28,755 nucleotides of DNA from positions 1 to 28,755 of the IMG/VR virus record IMGVR_UViG_3300032328_000531, one strand, 5' to 3'. Origin of the DNA: a virus. Lineage: Duplodnaviria; Caudoviricetes. Each line of letters starts with the position of its first letter. The first letter of the stretch is position 1. A program made the translations under genes and the position numbers. Below the pieces are notes generated by a model. The model did no database searches. It was not told where the DNA came from and was given only the letters and a program-made list of their open reading frames with translations. Of this stretch, positions 17,592 to 26,185 are shown in pieces.

Positions 17592-19151
17592 TTACTGATT
17601 AACTTCTTCTTTATACAGGCTTAGTAATATATCGTGTCCTTGCACTCGTTTCTCGAGTTGCGCAAACATCTTCTTTTCTATATCACTACCCTGTAAGTGT
17701 ATCACCGTTACGTTTGTACTGGTTTGCCCAATCCGGTCTGCTCTAGCAATACACTGCAAATACGTTTCAACCGACATCACAGGTCCATAAAAGATTACTA
17801 TATCTGCCGCAGTTAATGTTACACCATGACTTGCGGCTTGCGGTTGAATTACTAGTATACGCGGATCAGGTAAAGTTTGGAAGCGCTTGAATATGTCGGT
17901 TCTTTTACCAACAGAAACATCACCATGTATGACTTCCGAGGCAATATTATTCTTGAGTAAATGAGTATGGATTGTATCTATACTGTGACGGAAGGGCGCA
18001 AAGACTATAACTTTACGGCTAGTTTCCTCAAGTACTTCCAGTAGTACATTAAGGCGAGGGGCGCAGTCAAACTCAACTACTTCCTGCCCATCAGAATAAG
18101 CCGCACCTGCCGATATTTGTAGTAACTTGCTGACTTCAGCCGCCGCATTGACCGCCGTAATAGTCTCACCAGCCGCCTGCATAACCATCTTTTCCTTAAG
18201 CAACCGGTAGTACTTCTGTTGTTGGGGCGTTAAGGGTATTTCTCGGGTCTCTGTGAGGACTGGAGGCAAGTCGGTACACTCCTCCTTAGTAAACCTAATG
18301 GCAGGCTGTAATGCGTCAAAAACAGCCTCAGCCGCCCCCTTTTTTGGCACCCATTTGAACTGGGTTAGCCGTTGCATGGTTTTATCCCTCCATGCGGTTA
18401 GAAAACGTGGAACTCCGGCGGGATTAACTAGCCTAGCCAAGCCGTAGGCATCAACAGGGGACTGCGAAGCGGGGGTTCCGGTCATCATCCATAGTTGTGT
18501 ATTTGGTTGCAGAATCTTATTAAGGGATTTCCACCGCTTAGTGCTTGGGTTTTTGTATGCGTTAGCCTCGTCCACAATTACTAGGTCAAACTTGCCGTTA
18601 GCAATTACTTCGTCAGCAATAAGATTTAACCCATCATAGTTGACGATTACGAACTCATAAGAACCTTGCACCATTTCGATACGGCGGGTTGCTTGAGAAT
18701 GGTGGGCTACGATAGCTGATCGGTGAATAATGCTTTTGCCAATACTGTTCATCCAAGCGTCGTGCATGATGGATAGGGGGCATAGAATTAAACAACGCTG
18801 TACCTGTTTGATATTCATCAAGTAATCAACCGCCCATAACGCACTAAAAGTTTTACCTGTGCCGGGGTCGTTAAATACAAATGCTCTGCGGTTTAGCGTT
18901 AGGAATTCTGCGGTATCGATTTGATGCGCAAAAGGTTTGTGCATCCCTGGAAACGCATACTTGGCTCTGATTGGTGATGGTACGTCTTTCACACCTAGGT
19001 TGCGAAGCACACGCACTTCATCTAAACCCCACCGCACCGCTACTTTGTGAACATCTCCGTAGCTTTCTACGATAGTGCTTTTGGGAATTACTGTGTACTT
19101 ATCAGGATTGCGTGTCTTAAATACTAAGGCTTTGTTTTCAATTATTTCCAT
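17592..19151 (-). CDS. SNF2-family (SF2) DNA helicase
   Basis: Motifs NDPGTGKT, IVDEAN, MMTGTP, HGVTLT and QCIARADRIGQ. Confidence 0.93.
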   Translation of the reverse strand: MEIIENKALVFKTRNPDKYTVIPKSTIVESYGDVHKVAVRWGLDEVRVLRNLGVKDVPSPIRAKYAFPGMHKPFAHQIDTAEFLTLNRRAFVFNDPGTGKTFSALWAVDYLMNIKQVQRCLILCPLSIMHDAWMNSIGKSIIHRSAIVAHHSQATRRIEMVQGSYEFVIVNYDGLNLIADEVIANGKFDLVIVDEANAYKNPSTKRWKSLNKILQPNTQLWMMTGTPASQSPVDAYGLARLVNPAGVPRFLTAWRDKTMQRLTQFKWVPKKGAAEAVFDALQPAIRFTKEECTDLPPVLTETREIPLTPQQQKYYRLLKEKMVMQAAGETITAVNAAAEVSKLLQISAGAAYSDGQEVVEFDCAPRLNVLLEVLEETSRKVIVFAPFRHSIDTIHTHLLKNNIASEVIHGDVSVGKRTDIFKRFQTLPDPRILVIQPQAASHGVTLTAADIVIFYGPVMSVETYLQCIARADRIGQTSTNVTVIHLQGSDIEKKMFAQLEKRVQGHDILLSLYKEEVNQ

Positions 19152-19422
19152 GATCGCTCGTGATTAGTCTATACATTGTGTCTTGTCTATCCATTAGGTA
19201 CAGATGCTCAACGAGTTCTTTGTTAAGCAAGCGCAGTAGTTGCATGTTCCAATAGGGGTCTTTTTTTATCTCGTCGCCGGACACCCAATCTTCGCCCCAA
19301 CGCACAGTCCACAAGTCCACCACCATAGGTAGTGGCACAGTAAAAGCTTCTATGTCTCTTGCGGAGTCGTTAAATACATTTGCAAAGTCTTCAAACGTTT
19401 GCTTGAGTAATTGATTAACCAT
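19138..19422 (-). CDS. Hypothetical protein
   Basis: 94 aa with ACGAAAGGA RBS. Overlaps the helicase start. Confidence 0.7.
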   Translation of the reverse strand: MVNQLLKQTFEDFANVFNDSARDIEAFTVPLPMVVDLWTVRWGEDWVSGDEIKKDPYWNMQLLRLLNKELVEHLYLMDRQDTMYRLITSDHGNN

Positions 19423-19449
19423 TTTTTCCTTTCGTTATCAGTATTATTT

Positions 19450-19683
19450 TTATTTGTCTGACATGTTTGCTTTTGGTGATCGCAATCGTAAGTTGCCGGT
19501 GGTAGATTTACCCCCTGCCCGTAAAGGTTTAACATGGTCTATGTGTTTGCCTTTGCGGTCGATACCTTTTTTATCGTACTTGCGTCTTGCTCGTTGGCGC
19601 TCTAGCTGATCCTCGGTTTCACCCGATTTCTTTTGCAGTAAGTATGCGTGTTTGAAGTCACGCTTGCCATTTTTCTGTGTCAT
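19450..19683 (-). CDS. Small HNH endonuclease-like protein
   Basis: HIDHVKPLRAGG...NLRLRSPKAN is a beta-beta-alpha-Me motif. AGGA RBS. Confidence 0.8.
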   Translation of the reverse strand: MTQKNGKRDFKHAYLLQKKSGETEDQLERQRARRKYDKKGIDRKGKHIDHVKPLRAGGKSTTGNLRLRSPKANMSDK

Positions 19684-19691
19684 AGTAGTTC

Positions 19692-20354
19692 CTAATGTTT
19701 AGGGTTAAATTCACAAGCCTTTACTTGGCACCATCCGCACAGAGGGGTCTGTGATGGATTCCATACGCCGTTAGCATGGCTTGCTTCAAGTTTAGCCACA
19801 CGCTCACGATATAACTGCCAATGAAAATCTTTCTCGTCAATTGTCATTTTATGCTTAACCATCGTGTTTTTGACCACAAAGAGTAAGGATGAATTGACTT
19901 GACGGATATGGGGGAAGTGAGCAAACACCATCAAAGACATGAGGATTAACTGATCTCGGTCAGGGTACTTGTCGTTGCCTGTTTTGTAATCAACTATCCA
20001 AGCCTTTAGCCCATCATCATCTATGATAATCAGGTCGGCAATACCCCTACACCATACATCAGGGTCATCAAATGCACAAGGGGTCAGGTCGATCTTTACA
20101 CCCATCTGGTACTCAGGTAATTTTCTACCCTTGATTTGGGCTAGCCTATCCACAACAGGGCGCATGTACTCATACTCGGGGGGTATGGGGGTGCCATCTT
20201 TAATATAAAGTTCAGCCGCTTCATGCACTTGCTTGCCGTAGCGAGTATGTTCGGTTTCTTGGAAAGGGTAGTTCTTAAGGACTTTAACCTCGTGGAACCG
20301 CCTAGCACATCCCTCGTAGTCTTTAAGCCCTGAGTGCGACCATTTAATTGTCAC
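19692..20354 (-). CDS. PD-(D/E)XK exonuclease (Cas4/RecB-like)
   Basis: WSHS..YEGC, GKQVH, RGIADL, IVDYKTG and C-terminal CGWC..C. GTGA overlap with the polymerase stop. Confidence 0.9.
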   Translation of the reverse strand: MTIKWSHSGLKDYEGCARRFHEVKVLKNYPFQETEHTRYGKQVHEAAELYIKDGTPIPPEYEYMRPVVDRLAQIKGRKLPEYQMGVKIDLTPCAFDDPDVWCRGIADLIIIDDDGLKAWIVDYKTGNDKYPDRDQLILMSLMVFAHFPHIRQVNSSLLFVVKNTMVKHKMTIDEKDFHWQLYRERVAKLEASHANGVWNPSQTPLCGWCQVKACEFNPKH

Positions 20355-22282
20355 TTAGCATCTCCGTATCGTTTAGCACTACTTGCTTCCGCATCAAGCG
20401 GTATACCTTTCATGTACTCCGGATCCATGACCATCTGCGCCAAAACCCACTTTTCAGCTTCTTCAGCGTCATCTTCGGGTACTAGCGCAACAACTTCATC
20501 ATGGACTGTCAACACGCAGGGGTACTTTTCTTGTATCCGTAGCATGCCATCAGTCATTACACAACGAGCCACAGCCTGAACAATGTTTTCTGTTAGCTTA
20601 CCGCCATACAGCTTCTTACTGTCAGACCCATAAACCCATTGGGCGTTTTCTAATCTTAAATCAGGGTAGCGTAAAGCCAACCCACTAGGAAGAATTATAC
20701 GCTCTTTTTCAAATGTTAGACACTTGTGTTGATATGGTTTACCCTCAGATAAACTGTGCTTTATCAACGAATTACACAGGTTCCAAAAGCCTACAACAGG
20801 GTAAGCTGCTTCACGATACTTATTAATAATTTCTTTAGCAGCTAGTGCGTGTATTAAAAGTTCTTTCGTAGTGCAGGTATGCGGTATCTTGCCAAGCAGT
20901 TCTAAATTCTTCTCCCAAGCAAGGAAGTCCGCCACAGTCTGCTCAGTTACACCAAGTTGTTTAGCAAAGTCTTTTGTGTAGAGGGTGGGGGGTGCGCCTA
21001 GGAAACCTGTAAGTAGTTGTGCAGAGAAAGAAGCCCAACCCATGCCGTAGCCACAACCAAGTAGTGCTGACTTAGCTGACTGTCTTAGGTCAGAATGCGA
21101 GGTTTTTGTAAGCCCCGGGATATTGAACATCTGCGCACCAAAAGACGCATACGCATCTTGCCCCGAAGTAAAGATTTCGAGGAGGTTTTCATAGTCTGCC
21201 AAGTATGCCAACACTCTCGGCTCGATTTGAGCCAAGTCACAGACCACAAGGGTTTTGCCTTTCGGCGCTTTAATAGCTTGGCGTAAGAAAGATCCCCTTT
21301 TGAGGTTTTGTAAATTAAGCCCCGAGCCTTTTGACGCAGACCAACGACCTGTGTGGGCGCCGTAGTAGTTAAGCGGGACAGGTAGCGTACCTCGTTCTGA
21401 TATGTCGAGAAATCTTTGCGCTCTCGTGCGTTCCAACGTTGATTTGACTTTGAGTCTAGCCTCACATATAAGCGCAATATCCTCGTTGTCACTGTTAAGC
21501 AACGCTTGGAATAACGCATCGTTCTTAGCGAAAGCATAAGCTTCTTTACCAGTCGTCTTGCTGATTTTCCTTGGCGGCACGACGCCGAGTCGTTCAAGAA
21601 CTTTAGCAAATTGATCGTTGCTAGCAAGCGCCGACTCCTCAATCCCAATTTTCTCCAAGAGGGATTCCCTTTTGTGCCTTTCGATTTCAATTGCGTCAAC
21701 TAATATCTCCTTATCTAATTCCAACACCGGATTTATAAACATCTTAAGTGTCATGTCGATTAGCTTTAACTCGTTTTTGGGGTAGCCCTTAACCAAGCGT
21801 TTGAATACTTCCTCGCAAAGAAACACATCGTGTAAGCAATACTCTGCCAACTCTTTCTCCATCTCGAAAGTAATCTCAGCCAAGCCGTTGGTGCTATGCA
21901 CCGCCTGTCCTTTGGGCGGTAGCCCGAACGCTTCTGCTAAAGTCGCTAGGCTATTACCTACTTCTACACCACGCAAAGCCCTAGCCATTGATAGGCTATC
22001 TAGTATGAACTTAGGGCGCACGCCGTATACCCAAGCAAGTATCGACACATCAAACTGAGCATTGTGGGCTAAGACATTGGTGTTCTCCCAATCTATTGAA
22101 CTTACCCATGCAGGAATGTCATCGTGCGTAACCCATTCTTTTTTATCTTCGCCGAACCATTTCCACCCTAGCCCAAATGCTTTGAACTTAGGGCTTCTAA
22201 TATACTCTTCGGTAGTTAGTTTGCCTAGCGTATATTCCTTGCTGTCCCAACGTGTTTCAAAATCTAACACTAATGTTTTCAT
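20351..22282 (-). CDS. polA: Family A DNA polymerase with 3'-5' exonuclease domain
   Basis: Exo motifs LDFET, HNAQFD and YCLHD. Pol motifs DLAQIEPR (A), RQSAKSALLGCGYG (B) and TVHDE (C). ATG at 22282 is coupled (TAATG) to the upstream stop. Confidence 0.96.
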   Translation of the reverse strand: MKTLVLDFETRWDSKEYTLGKLTTEEYIRSPKFKAFGLGWKWFGEDKKEWVTHDDIPAWVSSIDWENTNVLAHNAQFDVSILAWVYGVRPKFILDSLSMARALRGVEVGNSLATLAEAFGLPPKGQAVHSTNGLAEITFEMEKELAEYCLHDVFLCEEVFKRLVKGYPKNELKLIDMTLKMFINPVLELDKEILVDAIEIERHKRESLLEKIGIEESALASNDQFAKVLERLGVVPPRKISKTTGKEAYAFAKNDALFQALLNSDNEDIALICEARLKVKSTLERTRAQRFLDISERGTLPVPLNYYGAHTGRWSASKGSGLNLQNLKRGSFLRQAIKAPKGKTLVVCDLAQIEPRVLAYLADYENLLEIFTSGQDAYASFGAQMFNIPGLTKTSHSDLRQSAKSALLGCGYGMGWASFSAQLLTGFLGAPPTLYTKDFAKQLGVTEQTVADFLAWEKNLELLGKIPHTCTTKELLIHALAAKEIINKYREAAYPVVGFWNLCNSLIKHSLSEGKPYQHKCLTFEKERIILPSGLALRYPDLRLENAQWVYGSDSKKLYGGKLTENIVQAVARCVMTDGMLRIQEKYPCVLTVHDEVVALVPEDDAEEAEKWVLAQMVMDPEYMKGIPLDAEASSAKRYGDAK

Positions 22283-22503
22283 TAACAACGCCCATCTAGA
22301 TCAATTTCTTTAGACTTCTTTTTCTTTTTAGCTGGTTTAATTTCAGCCATCTGTTCTTCCGTAGCGTATTTACCTATCGCATTTTCAAGCATGGCAACCA
22401 TACCCCATTGAATCAAGGTTTGCATACCTAACTTATCAAAAGTAATTTTTGCATCGGCAGAGCCGTCTTCGTGTTCTTTAGTAATCTTAATTTCTATTTT
22501 CAT
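22282..22503 (-). CDS. Hypothetical protein
   Basis: 73 aa (KEHEDGSAD), coupled on both sides. Confidence 0.75.
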   Translation of the reverse strand: MKIEIKITKEHEDGSADAKITFDKLGMQTLIQWGMVAMLENAIGKYATEEQMAEIKPAKKKKKSKEIDLDGRC

Positions 22504-22670
22504 TTTCTTTCCTCATCGTATTTAGTAATCCATTGCAACGCAAGCGTTAGTGTATTAAATGTCGGGGATTTTATCTGCCCATTTTCCCAATAATAACTAG
22601 GTGTGTCAGACACATGCCAAGTATCCCCAACCCACTTGGCAGTCCTTTCATGGATTGTTTGTAAGTTCAT
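22500..22670 (-). CDS. Small hypothetical protein not in the ORF track (56 aa, MNLQTIHERTAKWVGDTW...YDEERK)
   Basis: Translated by hand. ATG lies 2 nt after the previous stop, and TGA overlaps the next ATG (ATGA), exactly filling the gap. Confidence 0.7.
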   Translation of the reverse strand: MNLQTIHERTAKWVGDTWHVSDTPSYYWENGQIKSPTFNTLTLALQWITKYDEERK

Positions 22671-22672
22671 TT

Positions 22673-22909
22673 CTAGTTTATTGTCCTGTTTTCAAGTTGG
22701 TTTAAAACTCGTTGCCCAATCTCGGATGCCGTTTCGGTTAACAAAAGAGGCACTTCCATCTCGTCAATGTTTAGCCCCAATACTTTTACTGTGTTGGTTT
22801 CGCTATTGGCAAACACAACTACGATAGACACATTTGCGTCGCCCTCTGCTTCAGAAATAGAATCTTTTATCTTATCAATCGCTAGGTCTTGCGTCATTAA
22901 TGTTTCCAT
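22673..22909 (-). CDS. Hypothetical protein
   Basis: 78-aa ORF in the operon, overlapping the VRR-NUC end. Confidence 0.7.
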   Translation of the reverse strand: METLMTQDLAIDKIKDSISEAEGDANVSIVVVFANSETNTVKVLGLNIDEMEVPLLLTETASEIGQRVLNQLENRTIN

Positions 22910-23201
22910 AATTACTTTCTATAAGGTTAAGTACTTCTTCTACATCGTTCAAATTATCTTCGTTTACTACAAGCGTGGTGCCACCCACATCTCTTATCTT
23001 TTGCATCTCTAGTTCTTGTAGAGCCGTTGGCTTATTACTGCCTGCCTTGCACTCAATCCCAATGAAATGTCCTTTGCAACAGCATACAATATCAGGAATA
23101 CCGCTACGCCCAAAGCCCCCCATTACAGGGTAAAAGTAATACACACCCCGTTTTTTAAGCAGCGTCACTACTTTCTTCTTTACCTTTGCTTCCGGTGTCA
23201 T
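22875..23201 (-). CDS. VRR-NUC domain nuclease (Holliday junction resolvase-like)
   Basis: MTPEAKVK...GIPDIV...FIGIECKA...PTALQ is the typical VRR-NUC signature. Confidence 0.9.
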   Translation of the reverse strand: MTPEAKVKKKVVTLLKKRGVYYFYPVMGGFGRSGIPDIVCCCKGHFIGIECKAGSNKPTALQELEMQKIRDVGGTTLVVNEDNLNDVEEVLNLIESNYGNINDARPSD

Positions 23202-23367
23202 CTTCGTCTGCCTTTTCTATGGTTAGTTCACTTGCAGGTATTTCATAGGTAGTTATCCTAAACCCACACACGCATATCTTTCTACGGCGAGTCCAAAACT
23301 CTGACTGACTTGCTTGCCTAGTTTGCGTGGTCATTAATTTTTCACTGCACTCGGGGCAAAATCTCAT
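23155..23367 (-). CDS. NrdR N-terminal-like zinc-ribbon protein
   Basis: MRFCPEC...TRRRKICVCGFRITTYE. Strong AAGGAGG RBS before the ATG at 23367. No ATP cone. Confidence 0.8.
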   Translation of the reverse strand: MRFCPECSEKLMTTQTRQASQSEFWTRRRKICVCGFRITTYEIPASELTIEKADEDDTGSKGKEESSDAA

Positions 23368-23503
23368 TCGACTCCTCCTTAAATACACGCTGAACCAACC
23401 ATGCAAGCCGTTCAAACTTGGCAATGTCTTTGCGTATCTCGTTCATACCAAAGCCGGCTTTCTCAGACAATACAATTACATCTTCTCTACTTAGTTCGTC
23501 CAT
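23342..23503 (-). CDS. Small hypothetical protein not in the ORF track (53 aa, MDELSREDVIVLSEKAGF...)
   Basis: Translated by hand. Fills the gap and overlaps both neighbours. Confidence 0.6.
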   Translation of the reverse strand: MDELSREDVIVLSEKAGFGMNEIRKDIAKFERLAWLVQRVFKEESNEILPRVQ

Positions 23504-23724
23504 AAGTCAATCCAAACAAAAAGTCCATAAACAATACTGCCAAACATAAGAAGTGCAAGAGCCACTCCCCCGATAATAACAAACAAATTTTTAGTTCTAT
23601 CCCAATCAGTTTCACAACGCCACATGCCAGTCGCATAGTCTGCGTCTTTAACCGCCTCACTATAATTTCTTGGGAGTGGGCTTATATTTTTACGAAGTAT
23701 TTTTTCAGCTTCTAGGTAGTTCAA
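23491..23724 (-). CDS. Small membrane protein
   Basis: C-terminal hydrophobic segment LFVIIGGVALALLMFGSIVYGLFVW. ATGA coupling. Confidence 0.7.
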   Translation of the reverse strand: MNYLEAEKILRKNISPLPRNYSEAVKDADYATGMWRCETDWDRTKNLFVIIGGVALALLMFGSIVYGLFVWIDLWTN

Positions 23725-23885
23725 AATGGTGCCTCCTCAAATTCAATTAAGTCAACTGTTTCTTTAGGTTTACGAACACACTTAAATGTCCAACCCTCTC
23801 TAGCCTGTGCAATTTGCCTAGCCTCTTCTTGCCTGCCGACAACTCGCATCAGTTCACCTTCTTCATCATACACCATGTAGCTCAC
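23721..23885 (-). CDS. Hypothetical protein (likely GTG start 23885)
   Basis: AAGGGAG RBS precedes the GTG. Ends in EEAPF with an ATGA overlap. Confidence 0.65.
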   Translation of the reverse strand: MSYMVYDEEGELMRVVGRQEEARQIAQAREGWTFKCVRKPKETVDLIEFEEAPF

Positions 23886-24012
23886 GCCGTTTCTCCCTTT
23901 GTTGTTGCATGACGAAATAAAATCTACCAAACAAAACAACGGCATAGAGCAACCACCACACTACATCAGCCTCGCCCTCGTAGAGTATGTAGGCTACAAG
24001 AATCTCAATCAT
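23866..24012 (-). CDS. Small hydrophobic protein not in the ORF track (48 aa, MIEILVAYILYEGEADVVWWLLYAVVLFGRFYF...)
   Basis: Translated by hand. ATGA overlap with the DUF3310 stop, AAAGGAG RBS, hydrophobic segments and a basic tail. Confidence 0.65.
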   Translation of the reverse strand: MIEILVAYILYEGEADVVWWLLYAVVLFGRFYFVMQQQREKRRELHGV

Positions 24013-24353
24013 TTCTTTCTCCTTTCAATCTCTCGCTTGATATACCAAATGGCTTTCTCTAGGTCTTGAATGCTCTCGCCCTTGAGGTCAGCCCTCCATA
24101 TGTATTTGATTGCGTTGCCCAAACAAAACCCCATGTGTTCGGTGATTTGAATACAGTCGATTCCGCTTGGGTGTGCGGTGTAGTGCTTGGGTCTATTCAC
24201 AGGGTCGTTTAGGGTTTGTTTCATCTTAATCATATCCCCCAAAGTCCTTGGCAATACAGTATCGTCGCTGTATTGCACCCACCCTGCAAATGGAATAGGC
24301 TCAACGCTTGCCCCACTATCTACGATGTGCGGAGGTGCTTTCTGCTCAGTCAT
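24009..24353 (-). CDS. DUF3310 protein (T7 gp1.7 nucleotide kinase-like family)
   Basis: DPVNRPKHY...GFCLGNAIKYIWRA..K...DLEKAIWY signature. Confidence 0.9.
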   Translation of the reverse strand: MTEQKAPPHIVDSGASVEPIPFAGWVQYSDDTVLPRTLGDMIKMKQTLNDPVNRPKHYTAHPSGIDCIQITEHMGFCLGNAIKYIWRADLKGESIQDLEKAIWYIKREIERRKK

Positions 24354-24652
24354 TTCTTAGCCCCTTTCTTTTTCTCCTCGGCTTCATTAAGTTGTTTGCG
24401 AATATAGAGAACATCTGTACTTAACGCATCTAGTAGATTACTCTGTTCTCTAACTATGTCATGCACCCCCCATATCGCACCGCTTTCATCGTTTGAGTCG
24501 CTATCAAGACCGACCGCTACCACACCGCAGATACTTCTAGCGGTTTCTAGTTTGTAACTTATCTCGTCTATGTCACACGATAACTGCCACAACTTCTCCG
24601 AGAGTGTGTTTTCGCTTTCGGTTAATAAATCTACAATACTTTTCTTAGACAT
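24350..24652 (-). CDS. Hypothetical helical/coiled-coil protein
   Basis: 100 aa with AAGGAG RBS, coupled to neighbours. Confidence 0.7.
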   Translation of the reverse strand: MSKKSIVDLLTESENTLSEKLWQLSCDIDEISYKLETARSICGVVAVGLDSDSNDESGAIWGVHDIVREQSNLLDALSTDVLYIRKQLNEAEEKKKGAKK

Positions 24653-24878
24653 TTACAATCTCCTTTTTTTCATATAAACGACTGCTCTGTCTTGCTAGGC
24701 AGTCACCACACTTCCACCGCTTAACTCGTTTGTTCGCCGTTGCCACAAATTTACCTGTTCCAATAGGCTTCATGTTCTGACACGACGAACAAAACTTCTT
24801 TCCTAATATCCTATCTTGGGCGGCATGCACCGCCTCATAGGTTTCCATCAACTCACGCTTTTTACTTGGCACTTTCAT
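24645..24878 (-). CDS. Small zinc-finger protein
   Basis: FCSSC...WKCGDC pairs. Confidence 0.7.
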   Translation of the reverse strand: MKVPSKKRELMETYEAVHAAQDRILGKKFCSSCQNMKPIGTGKFVATANKRVKRWKCGDCLARQSSRLYEKKEIVNV

Positions 24879-25104
24879 CCCTTGCTAAAGTCTTAAACAA
24901 ATACTCTTTCCTAGGTGATGCACCCATGCGTTTTAACTCCCCTTCCAAATACAACTTATGTTTACCATGTGTTCGCATAGGACCAACATACACACCGCTT
25001 TGGGTATAGTGTGGCAGATAAAGAAACCCGAATAGCGTATAACATTTATACAGTTCTTTCTCTGCCGATGGTTCTTGTTTACTGCCTTCTAAAAATAAAT
25101 TCAC
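24862..25104 (-). CDS. Hypothetical protein
   Basis: 80 aa with AGGAG RBS and GTGA coupling. Confidence 0.65.
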   Translation of the reverse strand: MNLFLEGSKQEPSAEKELYKCYTLFGFLYLPHYTQSGVYVGPMRTHGKHKLYLEGELKRMGASPRKEYLFKTLARDESAK

Positions 25105-25283
25105 TTTTTCTCTCCTATTTGCTTAAGTAACTTTTTGGCTTTCGCCTCGTGTTTGCTCTCCAATGCGTCAAGCACATTGTCAAACAGAACTTCTCTTGAC
25201 ACTGGTCGCCCATGCCTATATCTTCTGCGATGGACTTCTTCCATGACAGTTCCATTCCGCACTACGATTGGGTTGTTTAACAT
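25101..25283 (-). CDS. Hypothetical protein
   Basis: 60 aa with an AAGGGGG RBS-like sequence upstream. Confidence 0.65.
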   Translation of the reverse strand: MLNNPIVVRNGTVMEEVHRRRYRHGRPVSREVLFDNVLDALESKHEAKAKKLLKQIGEKK

Positions 25284-25292
25284 ACACCCCCC

Positions 25293-26165
25293 TTAAAAGT
25301 TAAACTTGCTGAGGATTGCATCAACTTCTTTCTTGACCTCGGTGCGTGTAGGAATATCCTTACGCAGATCATCAACCGCAATACCGCTAATCGCATTCTT
25401 CAACGCTACCCTAGCCTGTTCCAACTCTGCGTCTTGTGTAATGTTGAGATCCTTGGCTAGTGCGCATAACTCGTGGGCAGTATCTAGTAGTGAGTTATGG
25501 AACATGCGAGTCTTGAGTTCACCGCCTACTGTATCAACTGACAAGCGATCTGACATACGAGCAAGGTGATCTTTCAATCGTGTCTTAATATCAGACATAG
25601 CATGCTCGATGCGTTCATCAGCCAACTTCTGTAACTTACTTTGTAACTCTTGTTGAGCCTCGTTGCCTACATCAATGCGGAAGTCACCCGAGGTTGGGAC
25701 AGGCATGTAGTTAACTCTGAACTCAAAGCGATGCTTGATGTCGTCTGCGGTGGGATACTCGGTGCGGTTAAACATATCACCAAGAGCCATCGCCTGTGCA
25801 GTAATAAGAGTTGGGTAAGCCGTTACGAAATCATCTACTAACTGATTGAACTTATCCTCATACTCCTGCATGCGTTGATTGAACTCCATGAACTTGGCAG
25901 TCGTCAGCAAACGCAAACCTGAGTCAGACCAAGGCAGAGTTACATCATAGAGATAAGTGCGGATAGTGCCTACATGCTGATTGATTACCTCCAACTCATT
26001 ACGCCCAGCGAGCAGATGTTTGTTAACACGAGCCGCACCTTTGTTCTGTGCTTTCTTGGTGCTAACAACTTCTTCCGTAGTGGATTTGTCCAACTTGCGT
26101 GCAGTCCATTGGCGAACATTGACCTCAACCAACATAGCACATGTATCAATATTAAAGCGTGTCAT
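25293..26165 (-). CDS. DUF3150-like helical protein
   Basis: WTARKLD...TLPWSDSGLRLL...FVTAYP...EYPT...RFEF pattern. Size and position downstream of AAA and VWA genes fit. ACGAAAGGA RBS. Confidence 0.6.
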   Translation of the reverse strand: MTRFNIDTCAMLVEVNVRQWTARKLDKSTTEEVVSTKKAQNKGAARVNKHLLAGRNELEVINQHVGTIRTYLYDVTLPWSDSGLRLLTTAKFMEFNQRMQEYEDKFNQLVDDFVTAYPTLITAQAMALGDMFNRTEYPTADDIKHRFEFRVNYMPVPTSGDFRIDVGNEAQQELQSKLQKLADERIEHAMSDIKTRLKDHLARMSDRLSVDTVGGELKTRMFHNSLLDTAHELCALAKDLNITQDAELEQARVALKNAISGIAVDDLRKDIPTRTEVKKEVDAILSKFNF

Positions 26166-26185
26166 AGTATTTCCTTTCGTTTGTA

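Noticed and set aside
19350-19535. 61-aa - strand ORF bridging HNH and the 94-aa gene
   Set aside because: It overlaps two better-supported genes in another frame and has no RBS.
19450-19683. HNH gene as a homing endonuclease within an intron or intein
   Set aside because: It is free-standing and only 77 aa, and the flanking genes are intact with no splice or intein motifs seen.
19692-20354. Cas4-like nuclease as evidence of a CRISPR system
   Set aside because: No repeat-spacer array or other cas genes are seen. Solo Cas4-like exonucleases are routine beside phage PolA.
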